Positions 45,611 to 58,630 are shown, counted from the first letter of the stretch. The stretch: DNA of 64,000 nt from Tubulanus polymorphus (GCF_964204645.1 NC_134033.1:12098655-12162654), one strand, 5' to 3'. Made by a program: numbers and translations. The notes: generated by a model not told the origin, from the letters alone.

Positions 45611-48600
45611 TCATTGTGTCGGATAACCACGACCCGAACGCTTGCAGAGCTTCACCGACGTTTCCAAACTGATACCCCACTTTTCGACATCTTTCAGTAA
45701 CGGCGAGTGAAGACCTTTATCGGCTTCTCGGGCTAACTGACCACATGTGACCGAATCTATGTTATATCCAACGTCGGAAAACGGGTTTGCCGGGTCCACA
45801 ATCCACGGTCTGAAAGATTAAGGACAATCATGATTTTCAGTAGAAGTTGATTAATTTTGTTTTCTTTTTACAGTTAATACAATCCTGTTTATCTAAGTAA
45901 GCATCGCCATCGCATTGTACCGAATGATTTAGGTAATACATGTTCGCCAAATAGAGATTTAATGTATGTTTGCTTCAGCTAGTATACTGGTTCAGCAGGG
46001 CTGTGCATAGCAAGGGTCAGAGGGTAGACCCCGAAATGTCGAAAAGTACCAATTTTGCAAATATCATTGTTATATCCTATATAAGAAATCTAATGTAGAA
46101 TCCTTCACGTGGGACTGACAAGCATTTTTATAAGCCAAAAATAGTTTTTATTATGGCATATTTAAGAAGAATCATTATATCGATTTTTTTGTTTTAGGTA
46201 AATCCTTTTTTGGGTTTCACTGCCCCCTCACATCCTTATGCACGGTAAGGCCCTGGAATGTATCTACACATGACGTAGATCCATCTAACGCGTAATCGAG
46301 ATGATTAGTAGATACATTCATCCATGACTGAGTAGATCCATTCATCCATCTATCCACCTATCCACATATCTGGCACTAAGATCCTCAGTGATGACTGTTA
46401 GTAGACCTAGTATTCTAAATCAGTTAATTAATAATTAACAATTACCTGCCAGGCCGCGGTTCACAGCACGGTCTGTCGTAGTTAACAGTCCATTTTATCC
46501 TAATGGACCCCGGATCCGTAAGTCGTTGTAACACGGTACGGAGTCCGACTCTGAGGTCAAAGCTCCGAGGACTTCCTGCTCTCTCCCACGTATCTATAAC
46601 CAATAACTCGTAAAAGTATGACGGCGGTCCTTTCTTGAAAATAGAAATAAGATGATTCGTTGTAAATTTCAAAACACACATGCTAACTAAGTATAAATGT
46701 TGATTGGGACGCTGCAATTTCGTAGTGATAGTTGTCACCGTCAAATTTGTGTGATCATTATACTAAAATCGGTACTAGAAAATGTCGGTAGGGGGTGAAA
46801 CTTCGTACGGGATGTAACGATGAAACTTAAATAATTCGATTCAATTTCCTCATAAATTAAATTCATCTTAACTCGATTAAAGAGTGAATCCAGTTACACC
46901 TAACTCGATTTAAGCGAAACTGAATAAAAATAATCTGGATTTATTTAGAAATATTTTGATTTAACTAGGGGTCCAGGGACACCATGCCCACTTGGAAAGT
47001 GGTTCCAAATGCTCAACAATCTAACAATTTCAATATTCAACGCCCCCTGGTGGCCATATACAGAATCCAATAACCTTGAAACTCACCACAATCATAGAAC
47101 ATGTCAGCAGCTACGATTTTGTAATTGATTGTGATAACAAAATAATCCTCGTTACCGCTATAATATGGAAATACTAAGTTATTCTACTATTCAACGCCCC
47201 CTGGTCACCATATTCAAAACCCAATGACCTTGAAACTCACCACAATCATAGAACATGTCACGAACTATAACTTTGTAATTGATCATGGTAACAAAATATG
47301 CCTAGGTACCAATATAATAAGGAAATAATAAGTTATTCTACTATTCAACGCCCCCTGGTGACCATATAGAATAACTAATGGCCTTAAAACTTGCCACAAT
47401 CATAGATGATGTCATGAGCTACAACTTTGCAATTGATTGTGGTTACAAAATATGCATTGATACGAATATAATATAGAAATACTAAGATATTGTATTATTC
47501 AACGCCCCCTGGTGGCCATATGAAAAAACCAATAACCTTGAAACTCACCACAATCATAGAACACGTTATGAGCTACAACTTTCTAAATGATTGTGGTAGC
47601 AAAATACGCTTAGGTATCAATATAATGTGGAAAAAACTTTTTCCCACTTACGAACGAGTACTGCTGACACCAAGATGGCCGCCAATTGCGTCATAATTGG
47701 CTGATGAAAAATACCTGTCTCAGGTATAAAACATCCCTTTCCAAAGAATACCCATCACAAATTGCAATGAGAAATGATAAACCAGTAGGAAGCTACAGGA
47801 CTCAGAATTTGGGCCAAAATTAACATTTTTGGGCACTAAAAAGGTCATAGGACGGCCATCTTGAGTCCGATCGACCCAATTTTTGTTATGCTGATGGGCC
47901 CTGGGGGAATTCACATATATCCGAAAGATCAAGGTAATTGATCAAAGCGTCTTCAAAATTTCCCTCAAAAAGTTCAAAAATGTGTAAAAAGTGCTGATTT
48001 TGGCGAACAACAATGGCTGCCAGTCGGCCATCTTGAATCTGACTGGGCCAGTTTTAGGCTGAAGATGTGTCTAGGGTAGATACATGCGTAACCCAAATAT
48101 CAAGATATTACCTTGAAGCGTCTTCAAAACTTCCCAAAATAACTGGATTCCGTCTACGGCCGGACGGACGACGGACGAAAAGTGAACGCAATAGCCCGCT
48201 GGGACTAAAGTCCCAAGTGGGCTAAAAATTAAACTTTTCATGAAATCGAGGCCAGAAGTGAATAAGTCGTGTACATATGCTACGCAATCAAGGAACAACG
48301 ATTGGGTGCTCAGATCGTAGGAACAGCAAGCCGCGCAATAATCTGCTGAATATCTTAAAAGAAACATCAAGGTTCAAATCTAGACTATTTTGTGATTGAA
48401 AGTGTTGATATTAGAGAAAACCTGGGTTCAGACGGTATGTTCTACTACCGATCCCTATTCAAACGTACTTTATCATTTACCTAGAATTTAGAAATCTAAC
48501 CTGGAAAGAACGTCTTGTTTTTGACCAGTATTTCACTGTTCGTATCAGACTTTTTACGATCGTAGGTTGTTTCTTAACGAATTCGAGCTGTAACGGGGCA

Positions 48601-49834
48601 AGTGGTGCAGAATAGAATCCCCTCGACCTACCATCGATATTCCGCATTTCACCATAGATATCTGCCTCTAAAAACGTTAAAATTAATCCATGCTTTTATT
48701 AATTCTCTGTCAACTCTCTGTTGGTTTTACTGATCTAACTGTGGATTTTACTGATCAACACGTATATCGATTATGATAGACACGCTTACTACCAGGATAG
48801 CGTTTCAAGATATCGTAAGTTGGCAGAAGGTCAACTTCGTGGAACTCGTCATCATAGCGTCCCCGGAGTTTCAAGTTTATCAGGTATGAATCCCGACGAA
48901 TCAATTTCAATTTGCCCTCTCTGTTCCACTTATGGGCGGCCAGAATATCCCATATGTTATCGATGCACTCTTTAATTTTGAGTTGTATATTGTCCATGCC
49001 GCGGAAATTGTTGATATACATCACACAGTCGATATCGGCCTTGCCAATGACGGCTGTACCTTTACCTAACGATCCGGACTAGAATTAGAAAAAAAGACAC
49101 GTACACGCAACATATCAACAAAATGCACTAAAGATATCACATTCACCATATACAGCTAGCTGCTAAACATTGAAGTCACAAAAACAGTCCTACGAACTGA
49201 AAGTAACTGATAAGGCCGGCGTTAGAGTCGAAGACTTGAAATGGCGGTAGCGCACAAATCAAAACGCTAAAAAACCTCTGCTTTGTGTTTTCTGCAATGT
49301 GTGTTTCTCCGAACACGAAACATTGCCATGTGCGCACGACTTACATTGTTTTTAATGACATGCGTTTAATTCGTTTTCATTTTCATTCAGACAAAATAGT
49401 GTCCTTATCGTTTTTTGTTTGTTTTGAGGATTCCGAGGTTGACTGCAAAAGGCATCTGGCGGTGTAAGTACGTACCTTAGAGCGCCAGTCCTAACAAGTT
49501 ATCGATACGGTTTTTACCTTAACAACTTCACTGACGTCGAATGGCACATTTTCGGAATGAAGATACCTTATCAACATGTCAAGAGCTCGTTTAAAACCGT
49601 CGTGGTATTCTTCCGTAGGTTGGATGGAATGAGCTTGAAATGTGTTCATCTCTGAATTGCACGTATCATAAGGACTTTTAACACGTATATTCATTGATCA
49701 GAAGCCAGTTCTTCAAAATTTGCAATAGAAAACCATTAGATGCCTTAATTATTATTCTGACCTACCCCTTTGAGACATTTGCATTCGCATGATATCATCT
49801 TGAACATTAACTGCTGCTTCTTGTTCATCATTCC
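45611..49834 (-). CDS. OAS: 2'-5'-oligoadenylate synthetase-like nucleotidyltransferase; exons approx. 49834-49768, 49651-49517, 49078-48790, 48668-48501, 46635-46445, 45811-45611; 5' end not found
   Basis: VSEVVKSGSLGKGTAVIGKADIDCV (GS plus DxD), EVDLLPTYDIL (third Asp), LQLEFVKKQPTIVKSLIRTVKYW, PPSYFYELLVIDTWE, RPWIVDPANPF: the full OAS motif set. Confidence 0.9.
46965..48224 (-). mobile_element. Non-autonomous Helentron (HINE-like), copy 2, in an OAS intron
   Basis: Same ends as 20686-21787 (CTAGGGGTCCAGGGACACCATG ... GGGACTAAAGTCCCAAGTGGGCTA); four 154-bp internal repeats. Confidence 0.78.
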
Positions 49835-50216
49835 TGATGGATATGCGTGAAACAGAATAACAAAAAGTTGACTTTACACTCAAATGTTAACATAGATCTA
49901 TGCTAATTGTATATAATCGAACGAGTCCCAATGTTACAGGTTGATTGATCGATTTTCGGTTGCTAGTAAAATGGCGGATGGAGGATTCTCCCGTATTTTA
50001 ATCACAGGGACTAATTGTCATTGTTGATAGTGAATGAATAAAACCAGTACCGTCACATGTATCAATGACCAAATCCAGATGTATCTTCTTTATTTGCAGG
50101 TATACTGGGATTGGTCATTGAAATTGGTTTTGTATGGTCATTGATACTGGTTTAGTGCACCAGGTCCATGTGGTTTGGATTCTTCAGCATCTTGGTTGGA
50201 TGAGTCTATAAAACCA

Positions 50217-50525
50217 CTACTCGAATGGTTTTACTCAAACCGTTTACGTTTTCGACAAAACAAATGTGCAAAACCGGTATTTTTTAGTAAACGAAGTGGA
50301 TATTTAACCGTATACGGCAAAGTGTTTACTTCCGCTATTTTACCGTACATCATTGCTATATATTATAGTTTAAACTAATAAAAGTAACTATAAAATCATT
50401 TTATTCGGTTTAGGGTCTAAAGGACTCAAAGGGTTAGGTTTAGAGATAGAGGTTAGAGTCCGTTTTGCCCCTAGGGATGGGTGAGGGTAAGGTTGGGCGC
50501 TATAAGTAGTTAAAACATTCGGTAG
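50217..50525. repeat. About 310-bp segment with imperfect inverted ends and telomere-like (TTAGGG-like) motifs; a MITE or the Polinton terminus
   Basis: CTACTCGAATGGTTTTAC versus GTTAAAACATTCGGTAG; contains ACTACT (50216) and AGTAGT (50505). Confidence 0.4.
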
Positions 50526-53180
50526 GAGTAATTAGAAAAGTGGGGTTTCATACCAGAGGGCGAGAGGGCGAGACACCACTCATCACCACAAGTAATTTTT
50601 TTTCCTAATAAATGGGGGAGAATGAACACCAACTAGAAAACAATAATGTCAATAAAAATCAATATTATTGTCAATATTGTAAAAAATACATCGATACATC
50701 TCATAAAACACGACATGAAAAAACTGTAAATCATATAAAAAATGTAATAGATTTTGAAACTCCAGAAAATTCTAATGAAAGAAAAGAACGATTAGAAAAT
50801 ATGAATGTGGATGAAATAAAATGTGAAGTTTGTAATGAATTTATAGTAAAAAGGAATTATAATAGACATCTCGAATCACAAAAACATTATAAAAATTTAA
50901 ATAAAAATGTTTTAGGATTAGAATATTTTGATAATAAACCTCAACAAGTAAAAGAATCAACTTCAAAAACTAAATCAATTTCAAATAAACCTTACATGGA
51001 AAATGTTAGAAATTATATTGATTCACTAGAAATAAAAGATACAATTGAAATCTTAGAAACATTACATAGTAAAATTGGTCCTGCAGCTATTATATTTAGA
51101 TTTTTTAAAGGTACAACAATAGAAGATTATAGTACATTTAATGAAATAATAGAAAAATTACTAGATTTGATAACAGATGTTGAATATCCAAAAATTAGTA
51201 TCTCTGGGAAAGTAAGTTTTATAAAGTCAGAAGAAAAAATGAATTATAATATTCAAACACACTCTGAAGAAATAATTTCAAAAACACAAATAAAAGAGAA
51301 GTTAGAAAAAATATTAAATGAATTTAAACGTCATATTGAAGAAAGATATTTTGAGGGTTCTGGCTTAACATTGAATGAAATTATATATTTAGATTTAAAT
51401 GTTTATAATACAAAAAGGAATAAAACATCAAAAAGTAATAAAATGTTTAAAAATGATTCAAACTTTACAACAGAAAAGGATATTAAAGCATCATCTTATA
51501 TTAAATTACCATTTACAACAAAAGCAGTAATAAATGTTCAAAATGAAGATAATAAATGTTTTCTATGGTCAATTATTAGTTGTTTACACCAAACAGAAGA
51601 TATGACGCATAGTTTTAGAATAACAAATTACCGGAAATATGAAACATTATATAAAATTGATCAATATCCAGTAACTATAAAAATGATTCCTAAAATAGAA
51701 AAAATTAATAATTTAAAAATAAATGTATTTGAATTAATGCAATTACCAAAGACAAAAGGTGAAAATATTAAAGATTATACATTGGAAGCTTTATATTTAA
51801 CAGAATATTATGATGATGAAAATGCTATAGATTTGTTATATTACAAAAAAGATGAAAATGAACATTATATGTGGTTAAAACAAATTGATTTATTCTTTTG
51901 AACAACAGAAAGTGATCATCATCGTAAAATTTATCTATGTAGAAAATGTTTATCTAAATTTATGACTGAGAATACATTATTAAAACATAAAGAATTATGT
52001 GATAATAAAGATTTTTGTAAATTAATAATGCCAACAGAAAAAGATTATAAATTGAAATTTACTAATCATAAATTTAAGAATATTGTTCCATTTGTAATTT
52101 ATGGGGATTTTGAATCGTTGAATAAAGAATTAACTGATCAAGATAGAAAAGAAATATATAACAAAAAGCAATTATTAAAATCAATGGATAAAGGAAATGA
52201 ATTAAATGAAGACGCAATACAAGACCCACCAATTATAAATACAATTAAAAAAGTTCATCAAAGAGCTGCTGCTTATGGAATTTACATCAAATCAAATTAT
52301 CCCGAATTATATGAAAGTCAATATATTTCTTTTAGAGGTGAAAATGTAGTTAATGATTTTTGTGATAAAATGATTGAATTAGAAAGTGATTTTACAAAAT
52401 TATTAAACAAAAATAAAAGAATAGTTATGACAAAAGAAGATGAAATTGATTTTAATTATGCAACTCATTGTTGTTACTGTGAAAAACGTTTTTATTCATT
52501 TGATAAAAAAGTTAGAGATCATGATCATTTAAATTCAAAATATCGTGGAGCTGCTCATGAAGATTGCAATTTACAAGCTAAAAAAGTAAATTTCGTACCA
52601 ATATTATTTCATAATTTATCAGGATATGATACCCATCTACTTATAAAACAATTATCGGGAAAATTGGGCGCAATTAATCAAGAAATAGAAGAATATAATG
52701 CTATGAATGAAGCAAATGTAAGAAAATATGATTTTAAACTATTAGCTAAAACATCTGAAAATTATATTTCATTTCAATTTGGTTGCATTAGATTTTTAGA
52801 TTCTTATAGATTTCTAGCAAGTTCATTAGATAATTTATCAAAAAGTTTAGTTGATAATGATTTTGTTATAACTCGATATTATTATCCAAATGAACAAGAT
52901 TTTAAATTATTGAGATATAAAGGCGCAATTCCTTATTCATTTTATAAAACACATGATGATTTTAATGTAACAGAATTATTAAAAGATCAATTTTATGATA
53001 AATTAAAAGAGGAGTATGTGAAAGACGAAGTGTTTAATAGAACATTAAATATTTGGAACCATTTTAAGATGAAAAATCATGGCGAATTAGTTGATTTATA
53101 TTTAAAATCAGATGTTATGATATTGGCTGACATATTTGAAAAATTTAGAGAAGTTAATTTGAATCATTTAAATGTTGATC

Positions 53181-56100
53181 CGGTTCCTGAACTTCGCTGA
53201 AAAAGCTGAAACACTGAAACGCTGAATCGCTGAAATAAAAACGCTGAAATTTCAGGGAATTTCCGAAAAACGCCGAAATTTCAGGGAATTCCCGAAAAAC
53301 GCTGAAATCGTGCTAGGTACCGACAATACTCGTTTTGAAATATTTTCCGGGCCGGTGTCCGCTGCCGAGTCCTGAACCGTGTTTTGCATGGGCAGTATGT
53401 GTGGAGTATACTTCTAGAGGGCCACTTGTTGGACAAATTAATTCGCTTGAAATCCGGATTTTTAATGCATACAGGCAGCATGATGAGGAAAACCCATTCA
53501 CAAACCGTGCAAGCCAACTTAAACACTATGCTCAATATTCCAAGAATATGGTTTACTTCTGCAAGACGTAACGTTCATTCATGTATAAAACAGGATTATG
53601 AGCAACTTTTCTTTTGTCAACACGTTGATGGGCGACGGACTATGGTATTCTCTGAAGGAGGTAAATTAAATTTGACAGCTAGTTATATAAATGATGCAGC
53701 TTTTGGACAAAAGGGATCTAACTAAATTTCTTTTTTATTCACCGTGGAATGGAATGGATTGACGCCAATGACATGCAGTAGGCCCCTACTTATAGGTCAT
53801 ACCAATTAGCGTCAACCAATTAATCTAAATCGGGCAAACCATTCAACACCTGTAATTTATTTGCTGTGGTGTGATAATAATAAGTTTTTTTTGAAAAAAT
53901 GACATACCAACTGTTAGAAAAATTTACCGATTCTTATTTTTAGACTACTACGGTAATACCGATAAAGATAATCTATAAAAGGAGGAGTCATAGACAAAGT
54001 TGATTTGCCTAGCTGGACACACTTCTTGTCCAGTTCATCATCTCAAGTATTGGGTGTTTTGTAAGTTGTTTCAGTATTTATTTACAAAGTGCTGTTCCCT
54101 CGGACCTCAGTGCTTTCAAACTAGGCCCACCCCATAGGCTATATCTCCAGGGTGTATTAGCCACTACTCTTTTATTTCCTACTTTAAATGCACTTTTTTC
54201 AATTTTTAGACTCGGGCTAAGAATGTGCAAATTTGAGAAATCAGATAGCACTAGTTAACTTCAACTGCGAAATTTACAGCAGGATAGCTGAACGACACAA
54301 TTTTTAAAAACAAAATGGCTATTTGAATGCTATTTCAGTAATAACTTGATTCAACCAGAGAGAAATAAGTCAATTGCGGATGTACAGTACACCCACTTTA
54401 CTTATCCGTTTTCCTGGTACCAAATTTGTTATCTTAAGCTAAGCAATATTCTTAGGTATGCTAGTGAATTTCATTAGAATATGAAGCAATGGAACCAGAA
54501 TTCAAGCCCGAGTTAAGCGAACTATTGATTCTGATATAATGTAAGAACTGATTTCTTTTGTGTACTCTTGCAGAATGTGTTAAGTATTATTTTAAGCTGT
54601 TAAATGATATAGTTAGACAAACGTCCAATTATTGGATCTTTCTTGTTGACTCGTTTAATTTTGTGAGTTTAGAGTTCCAGTCAATCCACAATGTGTAGTG
54701 CCTAGCCTTCATCTAGTACTAAAGCCAAGCCTGTGTATGGGAAAACGTTGTTCGACTCTCATAAGCCAGACAAATCAAAGCATGCAATACATTGCAGATA
54801 GTAGTATCCAGCAAGTAGACAGAGAAAGTAAACCAGGTTTTACCCTGTACCCTACCCGGCATCTTCACCTGTCAAGGGATTCGAACCCACTACACTAAAG
54901 CTGTTCTCCGAACCGCTTGACCTCACGAGTCGTTACTAGCCGACCAGAATCAGGTCGGGCCAATCACAGCGCTTGTTACAAATGACATTGGGCATCTGTG
55001 GAATTTCCCGGTAAATGGACCAATCAGCGAACACGTAGCGAAGGGGAAGTATTGTCGCGTGTTGATATATGACGTCATGCTCAAAAGCGCCGGTAATGAA
55101 ATCGCGCGTCGTGAGGCCAGGGGGCTGCTGGAAGCGAGTTTGGGAGCAATACTGGTCTCCTGGCAAGCGAGGATGCCTACCCGGGAACGAAAGACACTTC
55201 AATACTCCTTTCTTGTAGAGATTGTAGAAATATGGCACCCAATCGTAGTAATGCTAAGTACCAGTATACTATGACGGTTGAACCTTTATTCACACCGAAA
55301 TAGAATCAAAGTAGTCATAAGTTCCATGCTAGCACTTAATTTGGGTTATCAGGTTCAGCCTAACTAGCTGTACTTTCATTCAGCTACTACTTTTGTATGA
55401 GAATTGGCAATGATAAGTTGCAAGAAATCACCAAACATAAGAAAAAATATTGAGAATTAATATTACTGTAATTAAGAATTTATTCAAATGAAGTGATAAT
55501 TTCATTGTTAGATCGTACCGGTATATGCGCATAAAACAAAAAACACATCTAACAATCCACGCAAATCGCAATGCAAAAACCGTAAAGTTTCCCAAGTCTC
55601 TGTTTATAACGCATGCGCATTAGGAAGTGTTGGGGAAATCCTCTAAGTCTAGAAACTGGTCGCGTGCGCATGCGTCGCTACATGTGTATTTTTTCCTAAA
55701 CTGGGTCATGTCAGAACGCTGAAACATAGAACTATAACGGACTGAACTTGCGTGAACTTATGCGCAGCGGGAAGGCGCAGTTTGTTTGGTCACTTACGAG
55801 GATCATTTGTATTTTTTGGAATGACAGGTGTTCAAGTGGTCTTGCCATAAGCTGAAAATCTAAGATATATATCGGTATATTAAAAAGGATGAATGTATTT
55901 TTCTGCTACACATTCGGGATTCGAACCTAATAGCACTTAAAAGTAAATCCTGTCTATTTTATGTTCATTGTTTCATATTCGGGATGCTGTAACTTTTTCC
56001 TTGGCAAACAATAACCCAGCGACACTTTAATCATCAAAGTTCATGTCGTAACGCTTGAAATACGATCAGTAATTTTCGGGTTTCGAACCTGATAGCGCCG

Positions 56101-56585
56101 CTTAAGATGAACAGCGTAAATAAGATCAATATTTTTACGGGATTCGAACCTAATGGAAACTACAGTGACTATTAGTCATTAAAGTTCACATGCAGTTCAC
56201 ATGTAGTGCCGCATGCGCAATGTGCCGATTTCGCGACTAAGAGCAATTCCAGCACTGACTAATGCGCATGCGTTAGGTAGAAACGGAGACTTGGGAAACT
56301 TAACGGTTTTTGCATCCGCAATCGATCAAGTCGAACATGACGACGACCTCAAGGCATGTCTCTGTAACCGAAGGTAGAGACTAAAACGGTTCAGGACTCG
56401 GCAGCGGACACCGGCCCTGAAAGAATTTCAAAACGTGTATTGTCGGTACCTAGCACGATTTCAGCGTTTTTCGGGAATTCCCTGAAATTTCGGCGTTTTT
56501 CGGAAATTCCCTGAAATTTCAGCATTTTTATTTCAGCGTTTCAGCTTTTCAGTGTTTCAGCTTTTTCAGCGAAGTTCAGGAACCG
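53181..56585. mobile_element. Non-autonomous DNA transposon, about 200-bp TIRs, 9-bp TSD ATGTTGATC (Mutator/Foldback-like)
   Basis: TSD at 53172-53180 and 56586-56594; TIRs 53181-53380 and 56386-56585; removal restores the pPolB frame; no transposase ORF. Confidence 0.92.
55570..56315. mobile_element. Nested inverted-repeat element inside the 3.4-kb insertion
   Basis: ATGCAAAAACCGTAAAGTTTCCCAAGTCTC...CTACATGTG is mirrored at about 56197-56315; internal GGG(A/T)TTCGAACCT repeats. Confidence 0.6.
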
Positions 56586-57577
56586 ATGTTGATCCTTGTT
56601 ATTGTTATTCTAGTCCTGGTTTAACCTGGCAATGTGGTTTAAAATATACAAATGTAGAATTAGATTTATTAAAAGAACCAGATATGGTTTTATTATTTGA
56701 AAAATCAATTAGAGGTGGAATTAGTGGTGTTATGGGAGATAGGTATTTTAAAGCAAATGATGAATATAAATTATTATATATTGACGCTAATAATTTATAT
56801 GGTTGGGCAATGATGCAACCTCAACCATATAAAAATTTTATATTAACAGAAGTTGAAAATGGTGATAAAACTGATTGGGAAAACGCAATTGCGAGTTTAA
56901 AAGATGAAGCACCAATTGGTTATTTCTTTGTAGTTGATTTAGAATATCCTTAAAATATAAAGTTTAAAACAAGAAACTTACCTTATTGCCCAGAACATTT
57001 AACTGTAGATGATAGTTATTTAAGTGAATACCAGAAGAAAATAAAACCGAAAGATCATGTTTTTACAGAAAAATTAATACTTACTCAAAATAATAAATAC
57101 AATTATATTGTTCATTATAGAATGTTAAAATTTTATCTAAAACAAGGAATGAAATTAAAGAAAGTACATAGATATATTGAATTTAATCAATCGAAGTGGT
57201 TAGAAAAATATATAGATTTCAATACTCAACAGAGAACCATATCAAAAACAGATTTTGAAAAAGATTTTTTCAAATTGATGAACAATAGTTTTTATGGAAA
57301 AACATGTGAAAATATTAGAAATAGAAATGATATTGAATTAGTAAATAATTCTGAAAGATTAAGACATTTACAATCAAGTCCTAGACATTTAGGAAATAAA
57401 AGATTTGAAGATTATTTAACTGCGGTAAAATTAAAAAGAACGTCCATGAAATTTAATAAACCAATATTTATAGGTTCAACTGTTTTAGAAATTTCAAAGC
57501 TATTGATGTATGATTTTTATTATAATGTTTTACAACCACTTTTTGGGGAAAAACATATAGAAATCTTATATTTTGAT

Positions 57578-58630
57578 TCTGTTACAGCAGACACCCCAAT
57601 ATTATTAAAATACAATAACCAAATATTAATTAGAAGAATTTCAGAAATAATTCCTAATCAAAATAAATCTTATATTTCGTATGGTAAAAAAGAACTAATA
57701 CAAATAAATGGATTAATGGATGTTTGGACAAGAAATGGATGGAATATTATTAGACATAAAACAAATAAGAAAATCTATAGAGTTAGAACTAAATTAGGGT
57801 TTGTAGATGTTACTGAAAATCATAGTTTGATTAAACAAAATGGTAATGAAATAAAACCAACTGATATAAAAATTGGAGATGAATTATTACACAACAGATT
57901 TTACCCAAGAATGAATCATATGTCATTTGATGAAATAATTGATAATATTTATAATATAGAACCCGAAACATTAGAAGAAAAAGAATATTTTATCAAAGGA
58001 TTTTTCATGGGAGATGGTTCAGCAGGTGTGTATAAATATGTTTGGGGTAATAAATATTGTTGGTATTTATGCAATCAAGACTTAAAATTATTAGAAAGAA
58101 TTAAGAAATTCTGTGAAGAAGTTTATTCACATAAAACATTTAGAATCATGGACCATATGAAATCATCCGCGGTTTATAGAATATTTGTAAATAATCCTAA
58201 AGATTTTGCTACAAAATATAATGATGAATTCTATATTCATGCAATAGTGAAAAGTAATACTTCAACAAAAGAAAAGATAGTTCCAGATTATGTATTGAAT
58301 GCAAAAATTAATTTAAGAAAGTGGTTCTTCATTGGATTCTATGCCGCAGATGGTTCAAAAAGGTTCCAAAACCGCAAAACAATATCCTTTGCTCAAAAAG
58401 GAAAAGTTGCTATATCAGGATTGAATATATTATGCAGTTCATTAGGATTTAATATGAATATTGGATTGATTAAATCTAAACCAAATTGCTTTAATCTAAG
58501 CCACACAGAAAATGAGTTAACTGAAGAAGTTAAAGATTTATTTGAAATATATAACCCAACAGATTATGTTTATGATTTATCAACTGAAGATGGTACATTT
58601 AACTGTGGATTTCCATTAATAGCCAAAAAT
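57578..58630 (+). mobile_element. Intein (351 aa) with a dodecapeptide LAGLIDADG homing endonuclease, in pPolB motif C
   Basis: YFD|SVTADTPILL (block A), DVTENHSL (block B TxxH), FIKGFFMGDGS and FFIGFYAADGS (blocks C and E), YVYDLSTEDGTF (block F), LIAKN|TDS (terminal Asn, +1 Thr). Excision restores YFDTDS. Confidence 0.95.

Noticed and set aside
53281-55274. Transposase in the 3.4-kb insertion
   Set aside because: Only short ORFs with no DDE or other recognisable motifs.
51899-56953. Stop-codon readthrough or an alternative genetic code in pPolB
   Set aside because: The stops differ (TGA and TAA), TAA ends normal genes in the element, and other lesions exist, so pseudogenisation is simpler.
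57578-58630. Selective preservation of the intein relative to the decayed polymerase
   Set aside because: Zero stops in 351 codons versus two in about 1335 codons is not distinguishable from chance.
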